A stretch of DNA of 64,000 bases from Candidatus Latescibacterota bacterium. Its GTDB lineage: Bacteria; Latescibacterota; UBA2968; UBA8231. Of this stretch, positions 41,865-52,285 are shown in pieces. The notes under the pieces were generated by a model that ran no database searches, had not been told where the DNA came from, and saw nothing but the letters and a program-made list of their open reading frames with translations. The stretch covers positions 352,001-416,000 of the forward strand of contig CBDAOB010000003.1 of NCBI GenBank assembly GCA_965197905.1. Direction: 5' to 3'. The first letter of the stretch is position 1. Each line of letters opens with the position of its first letter. The translations under genes were made by a program, and so were the position numbers.

Positions 41865-43397
41865 ATGCCAGCGCTTCGTAGAGTCCTCATGTCGGCAGTT
41901 CTCCTGCTCGCGGTTTTCAATGCTGGCGCCAAGGATCTGCGGACCAAAGAGCAGCGCCTGTACGATATTCAGCTGCGCAAATCCCAGTGGAAGGTGGACA
42001 ACGCCAGGCTCGACATGGAAATCAAGTTGAGCGACTACGAAGAGATCCAAGATCTCTTTAACCAGAAGATCGGCACCCTGGACGGCTTGAACGAAGCGCG
42101 ACGCAAATCGCAGCAGGCCAGGCTGAAATACGACCATGCCGTCATCGACCTGGAGTCCAGACGCCTCTCCTTCCTGCGCGACGCCACCCACATTTCGATC
42201 ATAGAGGCCAAGAAGTACAAAACGCCTGAAGGATACCGAAAGGTAGAGATCACCCTCGAAAACGCGTCCAATCTCAATCAGGCAGCCTCCCTCAATCCGG
42301 ACAAGAGCCTCGATCAGGTGCGCGACCTGCTGGAGATCCAGAACGTACAGGTCTCCTTGCGCCAGAGGGACAACTTGATCATTGGCGAGCCTTACGAGGT
42401 GCTGGTTCCCTCATTGAAATTGGGCGCCCGGCGCAAGCTCATGTTTCGCCTGTTGAACGACCGAGAATCGGTCAAGCTTTCTCTCACACTTCGCGACAAC
42501 CAACGCAAGGACGTACGCGTAGTTCTGCGCAAGGAGTCGCTGCAGGACATACCCACCATCAACTCGGTCCAGTTCTCCCAAGAGGGTGATCTGAACTCCA
42601 AGGTGGACTTCGATATCATTCTGGAACGGCTCGCGGAAGACGAAAAGACCTTTCGCCTGGCCGTAGTAAATCTGCCGAGTGAAATCGACTTTGCTTTCCT
42701 GGACAAGGCCACCAATGCCAGCTTGACCCAGGTGAAGTTCAGCGAGCAGGTTACCCGTCAGCAATTGGAATTGGAGATTCAGATTCCGGAGAAATTGAGC
42801 CGCCATTTCGTAGATCAGACGGTTGAATTCTACGTTTTCGTGACCGACGCGGAAGGATTCCAGCAGATCAGTAAGCTGAACAAGAAATACGGCACGAAAC
42901 GGATGGAGCTCGAGGATATAAATACGGTGAAGGGCAACAAAGAACGCTTCGAGCTCGTTCCGCGGGGCAAGGGCGCGCTCGAGACCATCATCGCCAACCG
43001 GTATCAGGAAATCAAGGTCGGCGAAGAGGTCACCGTACGCGTCGACTTGCTCAACACCGGGACCCTTGAAGTGGCAGATTCCCACATGATCCTTACAGCA
43101 CCGCTGGATTGGACCTACGAAGTGGTGCCGGACACGATTGCACGGATCATACCTGGCGAAAAGGAACCGGTGAACATAACATTCGTGCCCCCCGAAGAGA
43201 TGGGAGTGGGCGAGTATGGGATTCGTGTCGAAGCTGCCGGTTACGTCGGTGTAGAGAAGGTCGAAGCACCGGAGAAGGACCTGACTATTCGAGTGGAAGC
43301 CCAAGCCAGCGTCATCCGCAACGTCCTGATAATCGGCGCGGTTATCACCCTCGTCGTGGGAGTAGCTGTCGCGAGCATCAAGGTGAGTCGCCGGTGA
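41865..43397 (+). CDS. Signal peptide + alpha-hairpin + Ig-like/NEW3-like domains + C-terminal TM protein B
   Basis: Full-length paralog of A (ATHI..EA.KYKT.EG, P.INS.QFSQEG.LN, LLNTGTL..PLDW..PGEK..GEY); TM + KVSRR tail. Confidence 0.8.
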   Translation: MPALRRVLMSAVLLLAVFNAGAKDLRTKEQRLYDIQLRKSQWKVDNARLDMEIKLSDYEEIQDLFNQKIGTLDGLNEARRKSQQARLKYDHAVIDLESRRLSFLRDATHISIIEAKKYKTPEGYRKVEITLENASNLNQAASLNPDKSLDQVRDLLEIQNVQVSLRQRDNLIIGEPYEVLVPSLKLGARRKLMFRLLNDRESVKLSLTLRDNQRKDVRVVLRKESLQDIPTINSVQFSQEGDLNSKVDFDIILERLAEDEKTFRLAVVNLPSEIDFAFLDKATNASLTQVKFSEQVTRQQLELEIQIPEKLSRHFVDQTVEFYVFVTDAEGFQQISKLNKKYGTKRMELEDINTVKGNKERFELVPRGKGALETIIANRYQEIKVGEEVTVRVDLLNTGTLEVADSHMILTAPLDWTYEVVPDTIARIIPGEKEPVNITFVPPEEMGVGEYGIRVEAAGYVGVEKVEAPEKDLTIRVEAQASVIRNVLIIGAVITLVVGVAVASIKVSRR

Positions 43398-43480
43398 GTC
43401 GCCGGTAAGCCGCTTCGTTTAACCGTTGGTTTCTAGTCGGGTACCGAGCTGTCTTCGCTTCCGGTGCCGAGCTAAAAACG

Positions 43481-43499
43481 TTGACATTGTTAACTTCGC
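43481..43499 (+). promoter_or_regulatory. Shared regulatory motif, copy 2 (upstream of lipoprotein array)
   Basis: TTGACATTGTTAACTTCGC. Confidence 0.6.
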
Positions 43500-43631
43500 A
43501 GCATAGCTCTGGTAGAGACGGTTTGGTGCCGCAGCAAGCCTGTAAAGCGCAGCCGACCAACCGGAGACCATCAACCGGCTGAAATGTCCTTCATCCCTGG
43601 ATGCAACGCACCCGCACTCTCGGAGCGCAAA

Positions 43632-44993
43632 ATGCGTCATGTCTTACGACGCGTTATTTATGTTCGCTTTTGGAGCGCTGTCCTCATAGCCTCGCCGTGG
43701 CTGGCAGCGTGTGGCACCTCCTACGAAGACAGTATCGACAAACTTAGCGGTGGCCCGGACGAACGCACCATGGGCAAACATGAGCTGTTGTTGGCCAAGG
43801 CCGATGCCATCGATCCGATCATTGCTGCGTTGGAAGGGCCGGATCTCGGACAACGCTCCGATCTCGCCGAGGTAATGGTCAACCTCTCTTTGCGGCTCGA
43901 AGATGACCGGATCGCAGCAGCGCTCAAGAAACATCTTATCGATGACTCCGATTCACAGGTACGTGCGCGAATTGCCGACAGATTAGGGCTGCACATAAAG
44001 GAGGAGTATATCGACGCCTTCATGCGGGCCGTGACCGATCCTTCGCCAAGAGTGCGGGCGCCCGCTTTGGATGCCCTGAGCAACGTGTTGGCGAAGCTGA
44101 GTGAAGAGCAGATTCAGACATTGCGCGAACGGACGGCGCAAAACGCCGTGGATGAGGATCGGGAGGTGCGCGAAGCGGCGCTCTACCTGGTTGAGGAGTT
44201 CGTCGGCCGCTGGGCCCATGACGCCCGCGAGCAAGCATTGAAGGCAAACCTTTCGGCCGCCGACTCGATTTACAACCGGGCCCTGGCGTACGCCCCGACC
44301 AGCAAACAAGCCAACTACTACATGGGCACCTATTGTTACGAGTACGGTGACCGCGAACGGGGGTTGCAGCTACTACGCGAGAGCAGCCTCCTCCTGGACG
44401 TGCCCAGATTCCCTTCACCCCCGACGATTGATGGTCGACTGGACGACCCGATCTGGGGCCATGCCGTCAGGATCGACTCGTTTTACGCCTATGGAAAGTC
44501 CCGCACCAGCCTTCCTCCCTTGGTCTCGAGCCGGGCGTTTGTGGGTTATTCGGATCAATCTCTCTACCTGGGGGTTCACTGTTTCGACGCCCACCCAGAA
44601 AGCCTGGTCGTAAAACCGTTCGACGATGCGAGTTACGGCAACGCGCGCCAGGATCTGGTCGAGCTCTTCTTTGACCGCAACAGGGACCAGACAACCTTCT
44701 CCGTCGTCAAAATCAACACCGACGGATCGGTGAGAGGCGGGAGGAATGATTTCAGCAAGGGCCACACGCGGGATCTTTCGTGGGATCTCGAAGGTGCCGC
44801 GGCTGTTTTTGTCGGGGATGATTTCTGGTCTGTCGAATTGCAGCTCGACTGGGACGCGGAGCAACTTCACCGGCCCGTTCCGGGCGATCTGGCGGGTATG
44901 AATATTCACAGGTTGTTTCGTGCCGTCGAATACAGCCAGCCGTTTCGCGATTATGATGAAAACAGGGCGCCGGGTTATTTACTTTTCGAATAG
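43632..44993 (+). CDS. HEAT/TPR/CBM9-like lipoprotein
   Basis: GGAG RBS before ATG 43632; LAAC lipobox; HEAT repeats; PTIDGRLDDPIW. Confidence 0.88.
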   Translation: MRHVLRRVIYVRFWSAVLIASPWLAACGTSYEDSIDKLSGGPDERTMGKHELLLAKADAIDPIIAALEGPDLGQRSDLAEVMVNLSLRLEDDRIAAALKKHLIDDSDSQVRARIADRLGLHIKEEYIDAFMRAVTDPSPRVRAPALDALSNVLAKLSEEQIQTLRERTAQNAVDEDREVREAALYLVEEFVGRWAHDAREQALKANLSAADSIYNRALAYAPTSKQANYYMGTYCYEYGDRERGLQLLRESSLLLDVPRFPSPPTIDGRLDDPIWGHAVRIDSFYAYGKSRTSLPPLVSSRAFVGYSDQSLYLGVHCFDAHPESLVVKPFDDASYGNARQDLVELFFDRNRDQTTFSVVKINTDGSVRGGRNDFSKGHTRDLSWDLEGAAAVFVGDDFWSVELQLDWDAEQLHRPVPGDLAGMNIHRLFRAVEYSQPFRDYDENRAPGYLLFE

Positions 44994-45058
44994 AACTATT
45001 CACGTGGCCCCGCCACCGGGTTGGCGGTTGCCTCACTATTGCGCTAGGAGATACAGGC

Positions 45059-46423
45059 ATGTTGCTCACACTGATTAATAAAGAGATCGTCGCCAACGTG
45101 CTCAGCTTGCGCTTCATGGTCACCTTCGTGCTGTTCTTCGTGCTGATACAGGTGAGCATTTTCGTTCTGAGCGGTGAATATGGAAGGGATGCTGCGACCT
45201 ACGAAGCCAGTAGATCTGTCCAGCGCGACCATATCAACGTGCTCGAGGGTCTCGAGGATTTCAACAAAAGATTTCACGATGATATCATCTACGGAGAGGG
45301 GATCTACGATTCGGTCCAGCCGCAGCCGTTGAGCATCTTCGTGCACGGACTGGTGAATCAGTTGCCCGTTCAAGTAAACAGTTCCTACGAGAACGACTCG
45401 TTTACGATCAACCTCGAGTTCTACCGCAACCCTCTGCTGTCCCTGTTTGCGACACCGGATTACAGCTACATCGTTAACATAGTCGTCAGTCTGCTCTCTC
45501 TGCTGTTCGTCTTCGATGCGATTTGCGGCGAAAAGGAACGGGGCACGCTCAAGTTGCTCCTGTCCAATTCCGTTCCACGTGATCTCGTACTCCTCGGCAA
45601 GTGGATCGGTGGATTTATCTCACTGGCGGTCCCGTTCCTCGTCGCCCTGTTCGGCGGTCTGATCATGATATACTGGACCGGCGCTATTCAGCTCCACGAG
45701 GAAGTCCTCGTGCGATTCATTTGGATCGCCGGCGTTTCACTGCTCTACGTCCTTTTGTTCTTCGCGCTTGGAATGATGATCTCAACCCTCACCCACAAGG
45801 CATCGACCGCGCTATTGGTCTCGTTGTTCGTGTGGGTTTGCTGGGTCCTCGTTGTCCCGAACCTGGCGCCGGTTGCGGCGCGCATCGTATCGCCGATTCC
45901 GCCCCGCGCTGTCATCGACGCGGAGAAGATCGCCATCCAGCAGGAGGGTGAAGTCAGGGAGAGCATCTTCTGGAAGAGAGGCGCCCTGGACAAAGTGGAA
46001 AAGGTTCGCGACGAGGTGCGGCAGGATCAGCAGTCATTGGAGGTATTCTATGAAACCAAAATGCGGACTCAGATCGAGCTGGCACGGACGCTTTCTCGCA
46101 TCTCTCCATCCGCCAGCTTCACCTACCTTGGCAGTGATCTCGCCAACACCGGGATCGGAATTTTCAGCAACTTCAAAAGATCCTTCCACCGGTTCGACGC
46201 GGAATTCAAGGAATGGGGAGAGGCTTGGGACAAGAAGTTCCACAGTGGTGGACATGATGAAAACTGGTATCAAGAAGAGCAACTGCCGACGATGAACTTC
46301 GCTGCCGCCCGCCTCGACGACACCCTCAATGCCTCCATGGGCGACCTCCTTCTGATGCTGATTTTCAATGTCCTCTTTTTCATGCTTTCCTACCTCTTCT
46401 TCCTGCGCTACGACGTGACCTGA
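45059..46423 (+). CDS. ABC-2-like transporter permease
   Basis: AGGAG RBS; KEIVANVLSLRF, FDAICGEKERGTLKLLLSNSVPRD, ends FLRYDVT. Confidence 0.92.
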   Translation: MLLTLINKEIVANVLSLRFMVTFVLFFVLIQVSIFVLSGEYGRDAATYEASRSVQRDHINVLEGLEDFNKRFHDDIIYGEGIYDSVQPQPLSIFVHGLVNQLPVQVNSSYENDSFTINLEFYRNPLLSLFATPDYSYIVNIVVSLLSLLFVFDAICGEKERGTLKLLLSNSVPRDLVLLGKWIGGFISLAVPFLVALFGGLIMIYWTGAIQLHEEVLVRFIWIAGVSLLYVLLFFALGMMISTLTHKASTALLVSLFVWVCWVLVVPNLAPVAARIVSPIPPRAVIDAEKIAIQQEGEVRESIFWKRGALDKVEKVRDEVRQDQQSLEVFYETKMRTQIELARTLSRISPSASFTYLGSDLANTGIGIFSNFKRSFHRFDAEFKEWGEAWDKKFHSGGHDENWYQEEQLPTMNFAAARLDDTLNASMGDLLLMLIFNVLFFMLSYLFFLRYDVT

Positions 46424-46426
46424 TAG

Positions 46427-47782
46427 ATGCGGGGGGAGACACGCTTCGTTGTGAGATGTTGTGTGACCCTTGTGATAGTTATAGGGCTTTCCAGCTGCGG
46501 CCCATCCGTCGAAGACAACATCGAGAATCTCGGCGCCGGTCCAGATGAACGAGCCATGGCAAGGCACGAGCTCATTCTCGCCAAAGAGGGCGCCGTCGAG
46601 CCGATTGTCGCCGCGTTGGAGTCTCGAGATAGCCCCGAGATTCGTCCCGACCTGGCAGAGGTGTTGGTGGATTTGCTGCTGCGCGCGGAAGACGAGCGAA
46701 TCTGGGCCGTACTAGAAAAACATCTCCTCGACGATTCCGACCCAAGAGTGCGTGGCCGCATCGCCGATAAGCTCGGAGCTCGCCTCCGCCCCGAGTATTT
46801 CGACATTTTCCTGCAAGCGGGATCCGATTCTTCGCCCATGGTGCAGGCCCCCATCCTGCAGGCCATGAGCGACGTGCTCAAAAAGCTCAGCGACGAGCAG
46901 ACTCGGACGTTGCATCAGCTCGCCCGCAGAAGCGCAGGATCCGAAGATCGGGAGGTACGCGAAGCAGCCTTGTTCTTGGTGGAGGAGTTCATCGCCAGCT
47001 GGGCAAAAGAAGCGCGCCAGGAAGCTCTGAAAGCGAATCTCTCAAGAGCCGACTCGATCTACAATTTGGCGTTGGCCTACGCACCCACGAGCAAACAGTC
47101 AAACTACTATATGGGTACGTTTTATCTGGAGTACGGGGATCGGGAGCGTGGGCTACAGCTGTTGCGGGAAACCCGCCTGCTGGTCGACGTTCCTCGGTTC
47201 TCGTCGGCTCCACGGATCGATGGTAGGTTAGACGACGAGGTTTGGGAAGGTGCCGGCAGGATAGATTCCTTTTACGTCCATTTCCCCAGAACTCGTACGA
47301 CACTTCAACCCCGGGCTCAATCCAACGGGTTTCTGGGTTACACGGCCGAGGCTCTGTATTGGGGCATTCGCTGCTTCGATGCGCACCCTGAAAGCCTGAT
47401 GGTCACACCACTCGAAGACAAATTTGGCGGCGAGCGCCACGACCGGGTCACCTTCCGGTTCGATCGCAACCTCGACAAAAAGACCCTCTCCTACATGACC
47501 GTAAACAGCGTGGGAGCCGTGAATCATAGCTGGCGTGACTATAGCATCAGCCGCTTCCCCGATTACACCTGGAACGCGCTCGGGAGCGGAGCGGCCCATG
47601 TCGGCGACGACTTCTGGACGGCCGAATTCGAGCTTCGTTGGGACCCGAAATACCACCCCCGGCCCGTTCCTGGTGAGATCTCGGGCATTGACCTTACCCG
47701 GTTGTTCCGCACGGTGGAGTACAGTGAAGCGTTTCGTGGGTATGACGATGTGTATGCATCCGGATACGCCCTCTTTCAATAG
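46427..47782 (+). CDS. HEAT/TPR/CBM9-like lipoprotein, array copy 1
   Basis: LSSC lipobox; family motifs GPDERAM..HEL, AYAPTSKQ.NYY, PRIDGRLDD, FDAHPESL, VGDDFW. Confidence 0.9.
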   Translation: MRGETRFVVRCCVTLVIVIGLSSCGPSVEDNIENLGAGPDERAMARHELILAKEGAVEPIVAALESRDSPEIRPDLAEVLVDLLLRAEDERIWAVLEKHLLDDSDPRVRGRIADKLGARLRPEYFDIFLQAGSDSSPMVQAPILQAMSDVLKKLSDEQTRTLHQLARRSAGSEDREVREAALFLVEEFIASWAKEARQEALKANLSRADSIYNLALAYAPTSKQSNYYMGTFYLEYGDRERGLQLLRETRLLVDVPRFSSAPRIDGRLDDEVWEGAGRIDSFYVHFPRTRTTLQPRAQSNGFLGYTAEALYWGIRCFDAHPESLMVTPLEDKFGGERHDRVTFRFDRNLDKKTLSYMTVNSVGAVNHSWRDYSISRFPDYTWNALGSGAAHVGDDFWTAEFELRWDPKYHPRPVPGEISGIDLTRLFRTVEYSEAFRGYDDVYASGYALFQ

Positions 47783-47806
47783 GTTTGCGTCGCGACGAAC
47801 CTGACC

Positions 47807-49195
47807 ATGATCGAACATCCTTGGATTCGCCAGTATCGCGCGACGGTCGCGTCCACACTGAGGAAGCTCTGGGTCGTAGCCGCGTTTTTGTACCTCGCCG
47901 CTTGCGGACCATCCATAGAAGAGAGCATCGAGAAGCTCGGCGCCGGTCCAGACGAGCGAGCCATGGGCAAACACGAGCTGGTTCTGGCCAGGGATCTAGC
48001 CATTGGGCCGATTATCGCCGCGTTGGAGTCGCAGGACAGGAGAGAGGTCCGGCCCGACCTGGCCGACGTATTGGTTAGCATGATGCTGCGCGCGGATGAC
48101 AAACGGATCGAAGCCTCGCTCAAGAAACACCTGCTTGATGATGCGGACCCCCGAGTGCGCGCCCGGATCGCCGATAAACTGGGTCTTCATATGAAATCCG
48201 AGTTTTTTGAGGTATTCCTGCTGGCCGCCTCCGACACATCACCCTCGGTGCGAACTCCCGTACTGAACGCCCTGAGCAACTCGCTTTCCCACCTCTCAGA
48301 CGGGCAGATTGAGACGTTGCACCGGCTCGCCCGCGAAGGCGCGGATGCCGAAGATCGGGACCTTCGCGAAGCCGCCTTATACATAGTGGAGGAGTTCGTC
48401 GCCCGTTGGGCGAAGGATGCCCGCGAGGAAGCCCTCAAGGCGAATCTCTCAAGCGCCGACTCAATCTACAATGTGGCATTGGCCTATGCACCAACGAGCA
48501 AACAGGCAAACTATTATATGGGTACGTTCTACTTCGAATACGGTGACCGCGAGCGCGGGATGCAACTGCTGCGGGAAAACCGCCTGCTGTTCGACCTACC
48601 CAGGTTCGTATCAACACCGCAGATCGACGGCCGGTTGGACGATTCGGTTTGGGAAGGTGCCGCCAGCATTGATTCGTTTTACACGCATTCAGGCGATTCC
48701 CGCACCTCGCTTCAACCCAAGGTTCAGACCCGAGCGCTGATGGGTTACTCTGATGAGGCGCTCTATTGGGGTATGCATTGCTCCGACGCCCATCCGGAGA
48801 GTTTGATCGTCTTGCCATACGGCGACAGCTCCCAACGCAACAGGTACCAGGACATCGTCGAGTTCTTCTTCGATCGCAATCTGGACAGAAAGACCATCTC
48901 GGTGATGAAAGTGAACAGCGCCGGAGTCGTTAGAGATGGCCTGGATGACTACAACATTAGCCGCGAGCGCGATCTTTCCTGGAACGCAAAAGGGGCTGCC
49001 GCCGCTTATGTCGGAGACGACTTCTGGTCGGTCGAATTCGAGCTTCGCTGGGACCGGAAATACCATCCCGTGCCGGTTCCGGGTGAGGTCTCCGGCGTAG
49101 ACTTTCACCGTCTGTTTCGCGCAATCGAGTGGAGCCAGCCGTTTCGCGGATATGACGGTCTCAGAGCAACCGGATACGTGGTCTATCAACAATGA
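47807..49195 (+). CDS. HEAT/TPR/CBM9-like lipoprotein, array copy 2
   Basis: LAAC lipobox; same family motifs. Confidence 0.9.
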   Translation: MIEHPWIRQYRATVASTLRKLWVVAAFLYLAACGPSIEESIEKLGAGPDERAMGKHELVLARDLAIGPIIAALESQDRREVRPDLADVLVSMMLRADDKRIEASLKKHLLDDADPRVRARIADKLGLHMKSEFFEVFLLAASDTSPSVRTPVLNALSNSLSHLSDGQIETLHRLAREGADAEDRDLREAALYIVEEFVARWAKDAREEALKANLSSADSIYNVALAYAPTSKQANYYMGTFYFEYGDRERGMQLLRENRLLFDLPRFVSTPQIDGRLDDSVWEGAASIDSFYTHSGDSRTSLQPKVQTRALMGYSDEALYWGMHCSDAHPESLIVLPYGDSSQRNRYQDIVEFFFDRNLDRKTISVMKVNSAGVVRDGLDDYNISRERDLSWNAKGAAAAYVGDDFWSVEFELRWDRKYHPVPVPGEVSGVDFHRLFRAIEWSQPFRGYDGLRATGYVVYQQ

Positions 49196-50580
49196 TCCAT
49201 CACCGGTTGAGTCGCCATCTTCATTTCCGCACAAAAGCAGCGTCGGGGCTGAAGGGTATTTGTGCGGCAACCACGACGGCATACCTTGCCGCCTGCGGTC
49301 CGTCGATCGAGGACAGCATCGACAAGCTCGCTGCCGGTCCCGACGAGCGAGCCATGGGCAAACACGAGCTCATTCTTGCCAAGGATCAAGCCATCGAGCC
49401 GATTATCACCGCGTTGGAGTCGCAGGACAGGGCGGAGGTCCGACCCGATCTGGCCGAGGTACTGGTGAGCATGATGTTGAGATCGGACAACCCGCGGATC
49501 GAAGACGCACTCAAGCATCACCTGCTTGACGATCCCGACCCGAGGGTACGCGGTCGCATCTCCGACAAACTTGGTCTGCACCTGAAATCCGAATTTTTTG
49601 ACGTTTTTCTGCAGGCAGTCGACGACACCTCGCCTACGGTGCAAACCGCAGCTATGCTCGCCCTGGAACCTGTGCTCCACAAGCTAGACGAGGAACAGAC
49701 TCGGACGTTGCGTCAGCTTTCCCGCGAAAACGCAAGAGCCGAAGATCGGGAAGTGCGCGAAGGAGCCTTGTTCTTGGTGGAGGAGTTCGTCGGCGGCTGG
49801 GCAAAGAAAGCCCGCGAGGCAGCTCTCAAAGCTGATCTCTCCAAGGCGGACTCGCTCTACAACGTAGCGTTAGACTACGCGCCAAATAGCAGACAAGCCC
49901 GCTACTACCTGGGAACATTCTACTTCGAGTATGGCGACCGCGAGCGGGCGTTACGATTTCTGCGGGAAAATCGACTCTTGATCGACCTTCCCAGGCTCGC
50001 GTCGGCTCCGAAGATAGACGGCCGGTTGGACGATCAAGCCTGGGAGGGTGCCGTGAGAATCGATTCATTTTACGTCCACGCGGAATCCCGCACCACGCTT
50101 CCGCCGTTGGTCGAATCGTATGCGGTGATGGGCTACTCCGACGAGGCCCTCTATTGGGGTGTGCACTGCTTCGACGCCCATCCGGAGAGCCTGATAGTCA
50201 AGCCGTACGGAGACGACGGTTCGGCTGACGGACGCCAGGACTACGTCATGTTCCGTTTCGATCGCAACCTTGACCGCAAGACGCACGTCCAGGTGGCGGT
50301 AAATAGCGCTGGTGCCTTGAGAGATGGTCGGAGTGACTTCAACAAAAGTCACAGACGCGATTTCACCTGGGATGCCGACGCGACGGCGGCCACCTATGTC
50401 GGAGACGATTTTTGGTCCGTCGAGCTGGAGTTTCGCTGGGAACCGGAATATCATCCCCTACCCGCTCCGGGTGAGATCTCAGGCATTGACATTGTCCGCC
50501 TTTTCCGCTGGACTCAGTGGAGTCAACCGTTTCGCGGGTACGACAATCTCTACGCAACCGGGTACATGGTCTATCAATAG
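49192..50580 (+). CDS. HEAT/TPR/CBM9-like lipoprotein, array copy 3
   Basis: LAAC lipobox (weakly hydrophobic signal); ATGA overlap; same family motifs. Confidence 0.9.
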   Translation: MIHHRLSRHLHFRTKAASGLKGICAATTTAYLAACGPSIEDSIDKLAAGPDERAMGKHELILAKDQAIEPIITALESQDRAEVRPDLAEVLVSMMLRSDNPRIEDALKHHLLDDPDPRVRGRISDKLGLHLKSEFFDVFLQAVDDTSPTVQTAAMLALEPVLHKLDEEQTRTLRQLSRENARAEDREVREGALFLVEEFVGGWAKKAREAALKADLSKADSLYNVALDYAPNSRQARYYLGTFYFEYGDRERALRFLRENRLLIDLPRLASAPKIDGRLDDQAWEGAVRIDSFYVHAESRTTLPPLVESYAVMGYSDEALYWGVHCFDAHPESLIVKPYGDDGSADGRQDYVMFRFDRNLDRKTHVQVAVNSAGALRDGRSDFNKSHRRDFTWDADATAATYVGDDFWSVELEFRWEPEYHPLPAPGEISGIDIVRLFRWTQWSQPFRGYDNLYATGYMVYQ

Positions 50581-50605
50581 GTTTTCGTCACGACGTAACC
50601 TGACG

Positions 50606-51988
50606 ATGATGATCGAACAACCTTGGATTCCCCATCATCGATTCCGCTCGACAGCCGCTTCCGCGATGAGTGGGATCTGTGTTACGGCTTTATTCCTAGC
50701 CGCCTGCGGACCTTCCGTAGAAGAGAGCATCGCGAAGCTCGGCGCAGGACCTGACGAGCGAGCCATGGGCAAGCACGAGCTCATTCTGTCCAGGGATCTA
50801 GCCATCGAGCCGGTGATCGCCGCGCTGGAAACCCAAGATGTCAAAGAGATTCGTTCCGACTTGACGGAGGTGTTGGTGGCTCTGCTCCTGCGCTCGAAAA
50901 ACATGCGGATCTGGGCCGTGCTCGAGAAGCTCCTGCTTGAGGATCCCGACCCCAAGGTGCGCGGCCGCATTGCCGACAAGCTGGGGCTCCACCTGCGCTC
51001 CGAGTACTTTGACGCTTTCCTGCAGGCGGTTTCCGATACGTCGCCTGCGGTGCACACCCCCGCCCTGCTCGCCCTGGGAAACGTGCTCCATCAGCTGAGT
51101 AACGAACAGACTCGAACCCTGCGCCTGCTCGCCAGGGAACGAGCGAAGTCCGAGGAGCAGGGGGTCCGCGACGCGGCGTTATACCTAGTGGAGGAGTTCG
51201 TCGCCCTCTGGGCAAAACAAGCCAATGAAGAAACCCTGAAAGCGAATCTATCGGAAGCCGACTCCATCTACGGAAAGGCGGTGGCGTACGCACCTACCAG
51301 CAAACAGGCCAACTATTACCTGGGCACGTTCTACTTCGAACACGGCGACCGCCAGCGGGGGCTTCAGCTACTGCGGGAAAACCGCCTGCTAATCGACGTG
51401 CCGAGGTTCGCGTCGACTCCACGGATCGACGGACGGTTGGACGATTTGGTTTGGGAAGGTGCGGCCAGGATAGATTCGTTTTACACGCATTCTCCCGAAT
51501 CACGCACGACGCTTCAACCTATGGTACAGACCCACGCGTTCATGGGTTACTCCGACGACGCGTTTTTTTGGGGCGTTCACTGTTTCGACGCCCACCCCGA
51601 AAGCTTGATCGTTCTGCCTTACGACGATGAGCCAGGCAGCATCTCGAGATACCAGGACCTGGTCGAGTTCTTTTTCGATCGGAACCTGGACAAGAAGACG
51701 ATAGCTGTAATGAAGGTAAACAGCGCGGGAACCGTGCGAGATGGCTTGGATGGTTACAAGGGTCAGCGCGATCACAGCTGGGATGCGGGAGGGTCCGCGG
51801 CCACGTATGTCGGCGACGATTTCTGGTCCGTCGAATTCGAGCTCCGCTGGGACCAGTACAATCCCCGACCCGTTCCCGGTGAGGTCTCCGGCGTAGACTT
51901 TCATCGACTGTTTCGTGCGGCCGAGTGGAGTCAGACCTTTCGCGGATACGACGGTAACGACGTGCCTGGCTATCTACTCTATCAATGA
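50606..51988 (+). CDS. HEAT/TPR/CBM9-like lipoprotein, array copy 4
   Basis: Start reassigned by alignment with paralogs (MMIEQPWIP); LAAC lipobox. Confidence 0.9.
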   Translation: MMIEQPWIPHHRFRSTAASAMSGICVTALFLAACGPSVEESIAKLGAGPDERAMGKHELILSRDLAIEPVIAALETQDVKEIRSDLTEVLVALLLRSKNMRIWAVLEKLLLEDPDPKVRGRIADKLGLHLRSEYFDAFLQAVSDTSPAVHTPALLALGNVLHQLSNEQTRTLRLLARERAKSEEQGVRDAALYLVEEFVALWAKQANEETLKANLSEADSIYGKAVAYAPTSKQANYYLGTFYFEHGDRQRGLQLLRENRLLIDVPRFASTPRIDGRLDDLVWEGAARIDSFYTHSPESRTTLQPMVQTHAFMGYSDDAFFWGVHCFDAHPESLIVLPYDDEPGSISRYQDLVEFFFDRNLDKKTIAVMKVNSAGTVRDGLDGYKGQRDHSWDAGGSAATYVGDDFWSVEFELRWDQYNPRPVPGEVSGVDFHRLFRAAEWSQTFRGYDGNDVPGYLLYQ

Positions 51989-52007
51989 GATCGGCGGTCG
52001 TCTCACA

Positions 52008-52280
52008 ATGATCGAATATCCATTGAATCCCCACCGTGGCCTCCCCGTGATAGTTGCTTCCGCACTGAGGGCGGGTTACATCCCAGCCGTCGCTCTGTGC
52101 CTGGCCGCCTGCGAATCATCTATTGATGACAGTATCAATGATCTTTCCGAGGGCCCCGATGAGCGTGCCGCCGCAAGACACGAGCTCATTTTAGCCTCGG
52201 ACAAAGCCATTGAGCCACTTATCGCCGCGCTGGAATCGCGAGATGACACAAAGGCCCGTGCCGACGTAGCCGATATTTTG
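52008..52280 (+). pseudogene. Array copy 5, N-terminal part, interrupted by IS
   Basis: Near-identical to the 56491 copy up to gccgatattttg, then homology stops at GGGGACTATACG. Confidence 0.88.
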
Positions 52281-52285
52281 GGGGA

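Noticed and set aside
43383..43406. Tandem gtgagtcgccg duplication at the NEW3-B stop
   Set aside because: Only two 11-bp copies; likely slippage with no coding effect.
50324..50605. N-terminal extension making a 554-aa lipoprotein
   Set aside because: Overlaps the previous paralog in another frame; alignment places the start at 50606 or 50609.
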